Assembly: GCF_963676685.1 (NCBI RefSeq)
Contig: NC_092353.1
Span: forward strand, 1,612,001-1,676,000
Reading direction: 5' to 3'
Length of the DNA stretch: 64,000 nucleotides
DNA from: Mytilus edulis
Lineage: Eukaryota
The position numbers and the translations under genes were made by a program. The notes under the pieces were generated by a model. It was not told the DNA's origin, did no database searches, and was given only the letters and a program-made list of their open reading frames with translations. Positions 37,580-49,842 of this stretch are shown here, one piece after another. The number at the start of each line of letters is the position of its first letter. Positions within the stretch are counted from its first letter, which is position 1.

Positions 37580-39242
37580 TGCGGGGTTCACACATTGCCG
37601 ATTATTGCTCCCGTTTGAGATCAGACAGCGATACGACACGAAAAGTGAAAAAGTCGGATTAATATCCTCAATTATCTGGAATGTCCTATTATTGTCTGAA
37701 CGCAGTCGATTTAGTTCGTAACAGATTCCTACTGGTCGGGAAGGGTCCGAATAGTTCGGCAAAGCACCCCGACAGTTAAGTGCGTCCTGTAACATTCGGG
37801 GAAACTCAGCCGATTTTGTCTAGTCGGATTACAATCGTGCCTATGTCGTGACAGATTCTGCTGTATCGGATCGAATTCCTAACAATGTTCTGTGTATTCG
37901 GGACGGTGTCCTGTGGAACGGGAATGATCTGGAGAAGTCCCGACAATAACAGAATACAATACGACTGAGACCAGACAAAGCCGTTTGCAATGCGATAGAG
38001 CGGACCGTGATAGGATTACGTTCCGACAGTACCTGATCATCCCGATTATGCCGACAGCTTTCGAACGGATAACTTCCGTCAGCGTCGGTTCAATGTCTTG
38101 TCACTATCTGATCTCAGTCGGATTACATTCGGTAGAATCGGGACGCAGTCGTGACAGACTCGGTCGAATTTTACCTGGCGAAAGATACAAATCGAATTTC
38201 CATCCAGGGTCCTACTAAAATGCGCCCGGGAGCGCCCGGGTGAAGAAAAAGCGCCCGGGGAAAAGAAAAAGCGCCCGGAGAAGAAAATATAGCGCCCGGG
38301 GAACAGAAAAAGCGCCCGGGAAAAATATATTTATATTTTATTGGTATGAGACACCTTTGTTAAGTTATAAAAATTGATTTTTTTTTATTTTAGACAAGTA
38401 ATTTGCCAATTCAGATAATATATACGTTTGTAATAAAGCACAAAAACAAGTATGAATATTTCAATTTTAACAATAATATATGAATACTATTTCGAAAGAC
38501 TGATAATAATGGATCACAGTTTATGCGGAAGATTTATAACATGTAAGACATCAAAAGACATGTTTTTCAAAAACGATATGTACCGTAGTTAAAACAAGGG
38601 AGTAAAAAACAGAAGTTTGGTTTAAATTTAAGTCTAAGCATTTAAACCCTGATAACCATAGCCATTGAAACAGTTTTAGTTTTATAAAAAAGATATAATA
38701 AATCTATCTCAGCATCTGTATAAAAAAGTGTTCACCATGCCGTTGCGAAAATGTTAGACCTCAGGCACCGATTATTTTTAGTAACAAACTACATGTATAC
38801 ATTTTGATCGAGGACAATGTCTTTCATGATTCTTCTATATACTCTTATTTATATTTATTTACTTACTTTAATATACAATTTTGAAATCTAAAATGTAAAA
38901 GTACAACAACACTTTAGATGTAGCATCGTACATATCCCCATTTATATTAAGGACAAAACAAGCAAAGATTAGTTATTTTTTAAGGAGAAAAAATATTGTT
39001 ATAAAATATTATTATTTTCTTCTCCCGGGCGCTAATTTTCTTCTCCGGGCGCTAATTTTTCTTCTCCGGGCGCTAATTTTCCTTCTCCGGGCGCTTTTTC
39101 TTTTCCCGGGCGCTCCCGGGCGCTTTTTAGTAGGACCGTCCATCCACGATTCACAGGATCTTGATCAGACTTTTGACAAATTTTAATCGGGAATGGTCCT
39201 GTCAAGGACGGCAGTAAAAATCGTGAATGTGTGACCCCAGCT
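37580..39242. mobile_element. Non-autonomous PIF/Harbinger-like DNA transposon with TAA target duplication
   Basis: Imperfect TIRs tgcggggttcacacatt / aatgtgtgaccccagct; TAA at 37577-79 and 39243-45. It splits an interspersed repeat (ggaaagtccc|taa|tcaaatgacaaaatc) whose relatives are intact near 43290 and 53865. Confidence 0.8.
38207..39138. mobile_element. Foldback MITE with GCGCCCGG subterminal repeats and 8-bp TSD, nested in the Harbinger-like element
   Basis: TIRs gggtcctactaaaa / ttttagtaggaccg, about 6-7 gcgcccgg units per arm, and TSD TCCATCCA at 38199-38206 and 39139-39146. Confidence 0.88.
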
Positions 39243-40649
39243 TAATCAAATGACAAAATCAAAAGCCCAAACACATCAAACGAATGGATAACAACTGCCA
39301 TATTCCTGACTTGGTACAGGCATTTGCTTATGTAGTAAATGGTGGATAAAACCTGGGTTTTATAGCTAACCTGAGGGTGTTTGAAGAATACTTTCTTAAA
39401 ACCTAAATTTGGACCACCTATTAAATAAGATGTGTTGTACATATGAATTAAATCAATATCTTAAAGGAAACATTTGATAAAACCAGGAATGCCAAATAGC
39501 CTTAAAATATGAAGGAAAAAAGGCAACACTTCACAAGTTCAAGAAGTTATTATATCAAATCAGTTTCCAGATGGAGAATCTTCAATCCCTGACACAAAGT
39601 TTTAAACGGAAAACCCAGCTTTGAACAATTGATACCTGTGTCCTAGAAATCTTGTGACATTGACCAACGGAAATTAGAAGTGATATTGGGCAAATGTAAA
39701 CCTTAGTGATATGATATAAAACTAACATTTAGTTCTAAGTATTAAACAAAGCCCACACAAAACATGATTTACAAATTGTGTGTATCCAAAGTGCTTTTCT
39801 AGACTTAAATTCATCAGAAATGCTTCAGCTTGATAATTTTACACGATCGTGTGTAAACTCTGTGCATACAAAAGATCATATTGTCTAAGAACAGAAACCG
39901 ATGTAGACCTTTTGCAAGGCATTTTTAAAACCAATTCAAAGAATATCAACTAGTGGCATACCTATTTTGTTTGGTAGCGTATTATAACGTAACATAAAGA
40001 TCGAATGTTTTCAATGTTATTATTTGAGATATAGGGTATTTAACTTCATTCAGTGGCAATCTTCCATTTAATAATCACCGACTGTTTTCTTGTACAAATA
40101 GCTTAAAGTTACCGTGAAAACAATCTACTGATACGTATTACAAGGTGGAAATAGGTCAACCAAACTACCTATTGTTTGGATCGTGTTTACAAACTTTTGG
40201 TATAATCAAAGAAACCGATCAGTAATGATTGATATTAATAAATGAATTAATTCCTTGGAGATCGGTAGTTTTGTTAATTTAATTTGTGGTACTATGCATA
40301 AAACGATGCATTCTGGACTCAGTATGCCGATGATAGTTCATGCGAAAACACCAGTATGATTAAAAGACAAAATGGAATCGGCATACGCTCTTATAGTTTT
40401 TGAGTACCCCTCCTTTTTCTAACGCATCAGGCGTGCAATAAATATAAAAAATGTAGATATTATTTAAACTAAGTGTAAAATAAAACAGCGATACAAATAT
40501 TTAAATGTTTACTTTAAACAAAACACGAATAATAATGCGTGATTACCCAATACAATAAATTAAAACCTGGCAGTCCATGTAATTTAAACTTTCTTATGTA
40601 CATGTTGAACTTTGTATTTTCATGTTGAACACTTGTTTTATTTTGGAAT

Positions 40650-42527
40650 ATGCTGCGTTATTTTAAGGACCCTCAATCTCCAAACGTGCAAGTTGCGGAC
40701 GGCCTAGCACAAACGGTGGCGTTATGTCAGTTATGTGACAAAAATACAATCAAGTGGAAGTGTGTTGACTGCTCAGAATTACTTTGTAGTGATTGCAAGA
40801 AAATTCACGAACGCGGTAAAGCCACTCGGAACCATCAGATATCTGCCGTCAAAGATCTAAACGAGGAAATTCTTGAGAGTTCGGTTTTCAATTTGGAGTG
40901 CACTTTACACCATAATGCATGCTCCATGTACTGCGTCACGTGTAATCAATGTGCTTGCGCAAACTGTGTGACTGGCAATCATTCCGGACATACATTCCAA
41001 GATCTGAAAGCGCTGTTAGACAAGAAAAGGAAAGAATTAAAAACAGTTCTTAACGATGTGGAATCTAGGTTCATTCCGGAAACCCAACAGAGAATTGACT
41101 CTTTACCGGCGCATATTCGCGCGCACGAGAAAAACATAGAAGGTTTGAAATTACAAATGGAAAAGAGAGCAAGTGCATTGAAATTAGCTGTAGATAAATG
41201 TTTAAAACATCATTATACAGAACTGTATAGATATTCAGAGGACAGAATAAGCAAGTTCTCAGGACATAAAGTCAACTTATCACAACAAATGAAAGAACTG
41301 AAAGAAAACCAAATAAAATTGAGAAAACTTATTCAGCCTAACAGTACTTCTGACGTCGCAACACTGCTCATGTCCTCACTCAATATACTAGCACCGGAAG
41401 GTACAGAAATCGCTCATGTCGAGTTCTTAACAGGTAATCTGACCGAAAATGATATACAACAGGAATTCGGATCACTCGGATTTAGTAGACGGATTGAAAG
41501 ACAACACACGTTTGATGTCGAACCTACTAATAATACTGCCCAAATTAATAACCGGGTACGGAATGCAGTTCAACAAAATGATGACATGGTGCAAAGTGAC
41601 GTTCCACTAATTGACAATGTAGTCAGATCGTCTAGGTTAACTAGTGGCCTAGAACTCAAAACGTTAAATACAAGTTTGTCGTCCGTTACATCAATTTGTT
41701 TAGCTCAAAACGATACATTATGGGTAGGCTGCGCAGGAAGCCGACGATTGGAACTTATCAATAACAGTGAACGCGCTCGAGATTTGCCACCCGTTATGAC
41801 GAACGTTCTAGGATTCTCTTTGGCCGGAAACGGCGATCTTTTTATTACGGACTTTGATAACTGTAAATTGCGCAAACGTGAATACCCGTCAGGAAAGTTA
41901 ACACTGGTTAAGGATTTTAAACCTCAAAATCCGGTTTCTGTTTACGTTAACCTGCAGGAAAATTCTAGTATGATCTCTGTCGGTCTTATTGATTCCGCCC
42001 GAAAATTGACAGACGATTACGAAAACATAAAAGGAACTGTTGTGATGATTACTTCGAACGGTGTAGTGACAAACACGTTTGGAAATGGTCAGCCAATACA
42101 TTTTACTGTGCCAAACAGGATTACTGTCGGCGGATATTCCAACAGTTTACTTGTAATAGATTCCATCACACCAGAGAGTGGGCGGATAATATCACTTTCA
42201 AAGGATGGAAACATACAATTTACATACAACCCAATCCAGAATAACACACTGAACCTGTTCAACCCAACAGATCTTGTTTGTACATTAAATGGGCAGATCT
42301 TAATATGTGATGTTGGCAATGACCTTCTACATATTCTTGATCTTAACGGTTTACTCGACCACTACATTGATACAAAGTCTTGTGGAATAGAACGTCCGTG
42401 GAGTTTGGCTCTGTATGGTGACAGCACTCTTTTTATCGGAACGTTTACTTACAAAGGCGGGAAAAGGTCAAAGGATACACAGAAAGGGGTGGTTTATATA
42501 GTTCCAGACTTCAATAGTAATAGATAA
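40650..42527 (+). CDS. RING-less TRIM-like protein: two B-box zinc fingers, coiled coil, C-terminal NHL-like beta-propeller
   Basis: 625-aa uninterrupted ORF with B-box1 (CQLCD..KWKCVDCSELLCSDCKKIH...H), B-box2 (CTLHH..CSMYCVTCNQCACANCVTGNHSGH), a helical region and propeller repeats (FNPTDLVCT..GQILICD, RPWSLAL). The true start may lie in an upstream exon. Confidence 0.9.
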   Translation: MLRYFKDPQSPNVQVADGLAQTVALCQLCDKNTIKWKCVDCSELLCSDCKKIHERGKATRNHQISAVKDLNEEILESSVFNLECTLHHNACSMYCVTCNQCACANCVTGNHSGHTFQDLKALLDKKRKELKTVLNDVESRFIPETQQRIDSLPAHIRAHEKNIEGLKLQMEKRASALKLAVDKCLKHHYTELYRYSEDRISKFSGHKVNLSQQMKELKENQIKLRKLIQPNSTSDVATLLMSSLNILAPEGTEIAHVEFLTGNLTENDIQQEFGSLGFSRRIERQHTFDVEPTNNTAQINNRVRNAVQQNDDMVQSDVPLIDNVVRSSRLTSGLELKTLNTSLSSVTSICLAQNDTLWVGCAGSRRLELINNSERARDLPPVMTNVLGFSLAGNGDLFITDFDNCKLRKREYPSGKLTLVKDFKPQNPVSVYVNLQENSSMISVGLIDSARKLTDDYENIKGTVVMITSNGVVTNTFGNGQPIHFTVPNRITVGGYSNSLLVIDSITPESGRIISLSKDGNIQFTYNPIQNNTLNLFNPTDLVCTLNGQILICDVGNDLLHILDLNGLLDHYIDTKSCGIERPWSLALYGDSTLFIGTFTYKGGKRSKDTQKGVVYIVPDFNSNR

Positions 42528-42837
42528 AGTTTAAAAAGGGTTGGAATATATTATGCATTTCGATTCATTACCTTTCAAGAATACTAATTATGCTTTTACT
42601 TCGCAATATGTATATAAGTTTCGCAGATTGTTGATATATTCATATGGCCAGTTAATTACTTTTGATTGCAGATTTGTTTTAAATTTGAAATAACAAAACT
42701 CAATTAAAATCTTTTTAGTGTTATTCAAATTTTTTTTTATAACCATTTTATATCCAAGTTGATATAAGATTTATTTAGGAGACAGTTTTTTCCAAATATT
42801 GAAATTTCACAAATGTAGAAATTAAATTTTCGGTCAA

Positions 42838-45800
42838 TTATTTGCATCCGAATCCAAATCCAGTACAAGGTAATTCCAGTGTAATAAACATCGATATACA
42901 CCCGACGAGTTTGTTCCCTTGTAACATCTCCATCTGAACTCTCAATGCTGTTCCCTGTAAATAAAACGATAACATTGTTGACGAAGACGAAATAATTCCA
43001 TGGCACACACTAACATTTTTTTTTTTAATTTCAATAAATAATTTTTCGTTCTAAATATATGCATGAAACAGTTTCGAATGAACGTTTAGCGAGCAACAAT
43101 AATGAATATTCAGTCGATTTCGAAATTGTATACTTGAAGTGTTGATTTAAGACACATTGTCTATAAAGGCAACATAAGTATACCGATGTTAAAAGGTCAT
43201 TAACCGATTGAGTGAAACAGTCTATAACTGTGGTCAGTATGGCAGGAAGTCGTATTCGGAGCAACAAATAAAAATCAAAAAATCAAAAAGGAAAGTCTTT
43301 TATCAGAAGGCAAAATCAAAAGCTGAAACACGTCAAACGAATGGAAAACAACTATCATATTTATGACTTGGTACAGATATTTCCCTAGGTAAAAAAAATG
43401 GTGGATTAAACCTGGTTTTATAGCTAGATTAACCTGTTTCTTGTATGACAGTCGTATAGAATTCCATTAAATTGACAAGAATGTGTAAGCAAAATAAACA
43501 CATAATAAAAGTCAACATTGTGTTATAATCTTAATTACAAATAAAAACAAATACATATTACCAATGAGTGCCAATGAGACAACTATCCATCCTAGTCACA
43601 ATTTGTAAAAGTGAACTATACATTAAAGGCCAAAGTGCGGCCTCAACACAGAGCATTGGCTCACACCGAACAGCAAGCCATAATTGGCCCCATGAATATT
43701 GTTAAAAGTGAAATAACAAAAATACAAAACTGAGAGGAAAATTCTTAATATAAAGTGCCTAAGCTAATCGAAAAATCAAAAGCCCAAACGCATCAAACAA
43801 ATTCAATCAAAAAGGAAAACCAACATACAATCTATAAACAAAGCGAGAATCGAGAAACAATTAGAAACCACATGTATATCAACAAACGACTGAGTAGCAG
43901 CTACAAGCTTTTGACTACCGAACAATATTAAAATCGTCTTAATTATCATACTGGTACTGAGATGGACGCTTATGCCAAATTCGAGGTATAAGTCTAAAAA
44001 TGATGAAAATTAACAATAGACAAAACAAAACGTGAAATCCTGTTTTTCATAAATTTAAAAAATAATACACGAAATTGAGCTGTCAGCCTATTTACACTGT
44101 ATGGAACAATGTTTACTCGCAATTCGATTTTCAAAAACGCAAAAATATTACAACTTTTGGATATTGAGTTATTTTACTTTACGTTATAATATACTAACCG
44201 TCAGTCGACTCTTTACACCTTCTGCTGCCTTAGACAGATCAAAAGATACTATTGAATCTAGATGGTAATGAATCGTTAGTACTGTCGGCTCATTAAGCTT
44301 AAACCTTAGGATGCCGTATACTAGCGAGTCTAGGCGGAACGAATTGGGGTTTATATATACTAACCGTCAATCGGCTTTTTACACCTTCTGCTGCCTTAGA
44401 CAAATCGAAAGATACTATTGAATCTAGATGGTAAGGAATCGGGTCATAAATACTGAGTCCACTACATCCTGACCCTCGAAGTACTTTAGGACAGGTGTTC
44501 TGGTTAAAAAATGTTTTGACGAAATCACACATTCCATCGTAAAGGCTGAAATAATAAAGATATTCTACAATTAGTTTTCGCAAATATATAATTAGTAAAT
44601 ATATTGATCGTACATTTTCTGTGTAGATGTAGGTATATAAATTGTACTATTATCTTATTAGATATACGCACTAGTTTGGCGACTAACAATCAGGGTCTCC
44701 ATACAAGAAGTCAGAAAGCCAAACACAATACCTACGAAAAGGACAGCAAAAATGTTTATGAGCATTCCTAATGGAGACAACACAAGAAAAATGTCTCTAA
44801 GTAATTAATGAAAATAAGACGTTATAATTTAGGTGCGCCTAAGACGCTTTTCTGGAATTCACAAAGAACACTAAACCAATAACATTTGAAGGTCATGGAT
44901 GTATAAATACATACAAATGACAGGAGCTATGACTTATGGAGGACCTACAAAGAATAGCTAGATTCATCTACGGTATTCTAACACATTATGGGTATATATA
45001 TGATACCAGGTCTTTCCATTAGGACGATACCAACGCTGAATTTTAGTCAATTACTTCATTAAATGATCAATGGTTTTTTTTATAACATAGTTATTGTAAA
45101 AGTCATGACCAAGTTAACATAATTACCATGATCCTATTTTGTTTATACACGGAACAGTTGACCATGGCCCATTCAAGTTCTTCTCTATGGTAACATTGAG
45201 CTTAGGTGCGGCATGTAAGGCTGACTCTATGGATCCCTCAAAATGTACTGTCAAATTGCCTCTAGCGGAGTTAATATCTAGACTCGATACATGTATCAAA
45301 CTTCCCCGTCCAGAACCTGTAATATGATAAAACGTATCATGATAAAGCCTGATTGATTGTGTGTTGCTAATCATCCGGTGTCAAATAAAGAATGTTTAAA
45401 ACGAGAGCAAATGAACAATGAATACAATAGTTCATGTTATAAAACACGTTCGGGGTGAATTTCGGGGAAGATTATTGGAGTTGCCACTGGTAAATAAGGC
45501 ACCAGTAGTATACCGCTGTTAGAAATTTATAAAATTGAGAGAGAAAAAAAAACCTGGTTACAGACTAAAACTGAGGGAAACAAATCAATGAGGTAAATGG
45601 TAAGTGAGGGTATATTGGATAAGGATAACTTTGCAGCGAAAGGAGAACATTGGTATCACTCTACACGAGACAATACATTAAAGATCCACATTTTGACCTT
45701 ACGTGATAAAGTGGATTAACTACATGATACGATTCTCCAAGCTTACCAAACCAAATATTCATACCCCATTTCGACGTATTTTTTGTCGAGAGTTTTACTT

Positions 45801-47815
45801 GTTGATATCTATAGTTGATATGAATTAAACAGATATACTGTTAGGGCATGCGATCCAGTTTTGATCCCACAGTGAACTTCTGACAAAAATGTGCATACAA
45901 GGTATTTGTCACAGTGACAATTCAAATATGTGATAATATATATATATATATATATATATACAACTCGTCTAAACATCAACCCAACAATGTTAGATCTGTA
46001 AATTTGCTTTCGCAAATTTTTGGTTCTTCCCTCGCCGGGATTCGAACCCATGCTACTGTGATATCGTGACACCAAATCGCCTGCACTGCAGCCGTCCCGC
46101 TAGACCACACGACCACCTGGGCTCTCAAAAAAAAGAGCTTTCGCTGGCCGTGTGTTACCTTTCCTCGTCAGTTTTAATCTAGCGGCGTACTACAGTACAT
46201 GATATATAAGGCATGAAGATGTTATTGTTACAGATCAGCTAAATTATCTATAGTAAAGGATCCTACAAATTAATGTAATATACAGTCACAGAAAATAATT
46301 TTATTGATAAGTACGTCTGAGTCAGTGACAACTCTACAACAGATGTATCCATCGGATCGCCATCAATGATGGTGATACATGGCTGTGTACATAATGTATA
46401 TACAACTCGTCTAAACATCAACCCAACAATGTTAGATCTGTAAATTTGCTTTGGCAAATTTTTGGTTCTTCCCTCGCCGGGATTCGAACCCATGCTACTG
46501 TGATATCGTGACACCAAATCGCCTGCACTGCAGCCGTCCCGCTAGACCACACGACCACCTGGGCTCTCAAAAAAAAAGAGCTTTCGCTGGCCGTGTGTTA
46601 CCTTTCCTCGTCAGTTTTAATCTAGCGGCGTACTACAGTTCATGATATATAAGGCATGAAGATGTTATTGTTACAGATCAGCTAAATTATCTATAGTAAT
46701 ATATATATATATACATTGTATATATTAATGTGCTACTTTGAGAGATAAAATAGGGTCGAAACATTGAGCATTTATTCAAAAATTGGTTTCTTTGATTATG
46801 ATATTTTCAGCCTTTGGAAAGACAAACTTTTTGTTTTTTAAAAGATAAGCACATGTAGGTTTGTGTTGACACATTTTATATATCTTCTCTGCATAACTAT
46901 GCTCGGAATTTGGGTAATAATTTTTTGGGTAAGATACATTTTTATTAAATATCATGATTTTAGATAGAAAAAAACAACATTTTTGCTGAATATATATTTG
47001 ATTAGAAAAATAACCTATTAGTAAATTGTCCCTTGTACACAATCAAGCCAAATGAGGGGTCAATATACTCGTTTTCTGGAGGTCTAGAGGTCAACGTACA
47101 TCCGATAATATAATACAATACAAATATGTCATTGTAGAGTATATTCACCTAAAGTAAGGCTCCAAATGTATATCTCTACAGATTTGTTGGTTCACCAATA
47201 TGTCGAGACAAAGCATGACCACTATACTTAGTGGTATTTATAGGTACATGTACATTAGCATATAATTAGTATTGTACATCGGAATCAGTTGATAATACGG
47301 ATAAAGATTATCTGAGAACGTTGAGATATTTTTTTCGTGAGAAAACAGTGAAAACAGTGAAAACAGTTCTAAACATTTAAATAAAATAATCGGTTAGGGA
47401 GCTACCATTTGATTTTTAGGGGGGGGGGGGCTAGGATGAAATTTGAAAAAATAGGCAGGACAGGAGTTTTGAGTGAAAAAAAAGGCAGGATGAGACAGTT
47501 TGCGCAAAAAAAAAGGCAGGATGACAATTTAGGTAAAAAAAGTCAGGATAAACTAATAAAAAAAAAGGCAGGACCGAATAGAGTGAAAAATAAAAAGGCA
47601 GGACAGAGATTACAACTGAAAAAAAAGGCAGGACACAATTTTTCATCCTAGCCCCCCCCCCCCCCCCCTAAAAATCAAATGGTAGCTCCCTTAGTAATTA
47701 CTATGTATTACTGTCAGTCACATCGCAAAAAAGATTACATACCACAATCTGCCCATTGTAAGGACAGCTGGACAAAAGACAGCACACACAATACAACAAG
47801 TACGCAATATCCCAT
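42838..47815 (-). CDS. Ganglioside GM2 activator-like secreted ML-domain lipid-binding protein (~186 aa)
   Basis: Exons 47815-47743 (MGYCVLVVLCVLSFVQLSLQWADC|G), 45316-45127 (GNLTVHFEGSI...VTIEK...WSTVPCINKIGS|C), 44545-44365 (LYDGMCD...TCPKVL...SRLT) and 42954-42838 (GTALRVQMEMLQGNKLVGCI...CTGFGFGCK*). Phases 1, 2 and 0 are compatible. The WxxC, PCxxxxGSCxY and GC motifs follow GM2-AP. Confidence 0.88.
45958..46700 (-). mobile_element. tRNA-derived (Pol III) element, ~1.7 tandem copies with a 442-bp period, inserted in a (TA)n tract
   Basis: Minus-strand head 46122-46028 has A-box TGGTCGTGTGGTCTA and B-box GGTTCGAATCC and is repeated 442 bp away; (TA)n on both sides. Confidence 0.75.
47397..47690. 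mobile_element. Tourist/Harbinger-type MITE (TTA TSD)
   Basis: TIRs gggagctaccatttgatttttag(g)n-ctaggatgaaa and its reverse complement; TTA on both sides; internal aaaaaggcagga repeats. Confidence 0.88.
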
Positions 47816-48288
47816 AGTCTCCCTTCGTTCCTTAAACACTTGATAAAATGTGATTCCCTTCGTCCTAAAACACTCTACAGAAAGAGATAGACAAGATAGT
47901 GAAGATGTTTGTTATCTGACTTCCTGGTGCACTCTACCTACATACAGCATGGTGAACATAGAATGTTCTCTTATCTACCCGTAAACACTTAAAAGTATAT
48001 AAAATTCTTGGCGGTGGGGTTAAACACGATCAAAAAGGAAAAGCTGTTTCCCTACGTTCAAATCTAATAAATCCATAACGATGACACCAATCAGGCTTAA
48101 AAAAAGTCGCCTTTTTTTTTTTGCCTGTAGCACTCGCTATGAGAATCCAAACTTCAGTTAGAGTACATGATCAGAAATAAGACACAATCACTTTTAAATT
48201 TACTAAAAAGACTAATCTGGTCTCAGGCATTGAAGTTTCGGTGAAAACGGAAATGTTCATATTTCATGAAACAGCTACTCTTACTTAA

Positions 48289-48775
48289 GGTGGTAACTAA
48301 CACTACAGGGAGATAACTCTGTAAAGTCAGCTAAACGTTTTAATTACGTTGTGCTGTAAAGGGAATATTAAGTTTCTTAGTGATCAAAATTGGTGCCTGT
48401 CATTGTGGGTTTCATTGGGGTCTAAGCGTGACGCGGGATTGTCGTTTTTATGTAATCGTGATACGTGAAAGTCAAATTATTGTGCCGGGAAAACGGGAAA
48501 TGACACGGGAAATTACAAAAAAATGAGAATTGCTTAGGTACATAGTGTAAGCGGGATACGGGAATCTAACAAAGCAGTAAGCGGGATCCGGGATCAGAAC
48601 TCCCCAAATGAGACCCCCGTCAAACTGCTATATACCCAGTGTAATTTTTCTGATATAATGGTTAAAATTGTTGAATTTTTTATATTTTTGTTAAAGGGTC
48701 AAAGTAAATAATTTGTCAAAATTTTATGAAAATTAAACGAGCCAAATATATTTTAGTCAGGTGTTGGGTACCACC
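48289..48775. mobile_element. TTAA-targeting (Kolobok/piggyBac-like) MITE with a nested small TIR element (~48405-48620)
   Basis: ttaa|ggtggtaactaacac ... gtgttgggtaccacc|tcaa; inner gggtttcattgggg ... ccccaaatgagaccc. Confidence 0.65.
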
Positions 48776-49541
48776 TCAAAGGCAACAGGAGGGTATCGGT
48801 CAAATAATAATATTTCTTTCATGTATTTCTATTTCGAAAGGGGAATAACTTCTGTAAACTAAGTGGTCAGCACTCTTTTAATTAAAAAAGAGATGATCGG
48901 CACTGGTTTTAACTCGACGAAACGTTATAAATCGCATGATTTAAAATGAGGGACGCTCAAACAGAATATTTGAACGCCAATGCATGCATATGCTATACAC
49001 GTTTTTAATAGTTAATACACATATAACGTATTGTCGATAAATAATATTTCATTTAGTGGTTGTTGATCGATAGTTTAATATCTTTCGAGTTTTTTGTTTA
49101 ATAAACGATAAATACAGAGCACGTATGAAGATTTTGATTTTATAAAGATTTTTTCCTTTAGAAAAAAGATCACGTTCACTACTTTTTGAGTAAAACTTAC
49201 CCATTCAGGTATATGAAAATGTTTTATTTTATTTATTTTTGAAATTTCATATAACTTTAATAACATTTAAACGCAATTCACATTTTAATGGTATAGGGGT
49301 GGTGGCGTCACATTTTTTGTAAGAATGAGTATCATTATAAAGAGTACATTGAGAAAATAATGATTCAGAAGGAAAGTTAAAATTTGGGTACACATTTATA
49401 ATCTGAAGCACTGCAAAAGCAAATAACTGTTTAACAAAATACTACACAAAATGGCATATAGATAAAGTACATAAGCCAAAATTAAAGACAAGATCTCAAA
49501 AATTACCATAGCACTATAACACAATGGCGAGATGTATATAA

Positions 49542-49842
49542 GGCAGCAACCATTTGATTTTCTGGGGGGGGCTATGTTTTTTTTTTCTGGACAAATTTTT
49601 TTTTTCCCCTGCGGCGAAAAACAATCAATTTTTTTCGCGACAAGTTGAAAACAAATTTTTTCTTTCAATTTTAGCATTACATATAGTGGCAGCTGAGGGT
49701 GAAACAAACAATTTTTTTTTCTCAGAATCAAAAACAAATTATTTTTTTCTCCAAAAACTGGAAACAAACTTTTTTTTCCAAAAAAAACCATAGCCCCCCC
49801 CCCCCCCCCCCCCCCCCCCCAGAAAATCAAATGGTTGCTGCC
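49542..49842. mobile_element. Tourist/Harbinger-type MITE (TAA TSD), TIR related to the 47397 element
   Basis: TIRs ggcagcaaccatttgattttctg(g)n-ctatg / catag(c)n-agaaaatcaaatggttgctgcc; TAA flanks. Confidence 0.88.

Noticed and set aside
42737-43006. ORF ending ICEISIFG, resembling an F-type lectin exon
   Set aside because: There is no donor after it. The same acceptor in phase 0 gives the GM2A-like last exon, which fits the upstream exons.
45747-45808. Possible extra GM2A-like exon (AG...GTAAGC)
   Set aside because: Its 62 nt would break the frame between two phase-1 junctions, and the gene model is complete without it.
46028-46122. tRNA gene
   Set aside because: A and B boxes are present, but the acceptor stem does not pair and the sequence lies in a tandem repeat unit.
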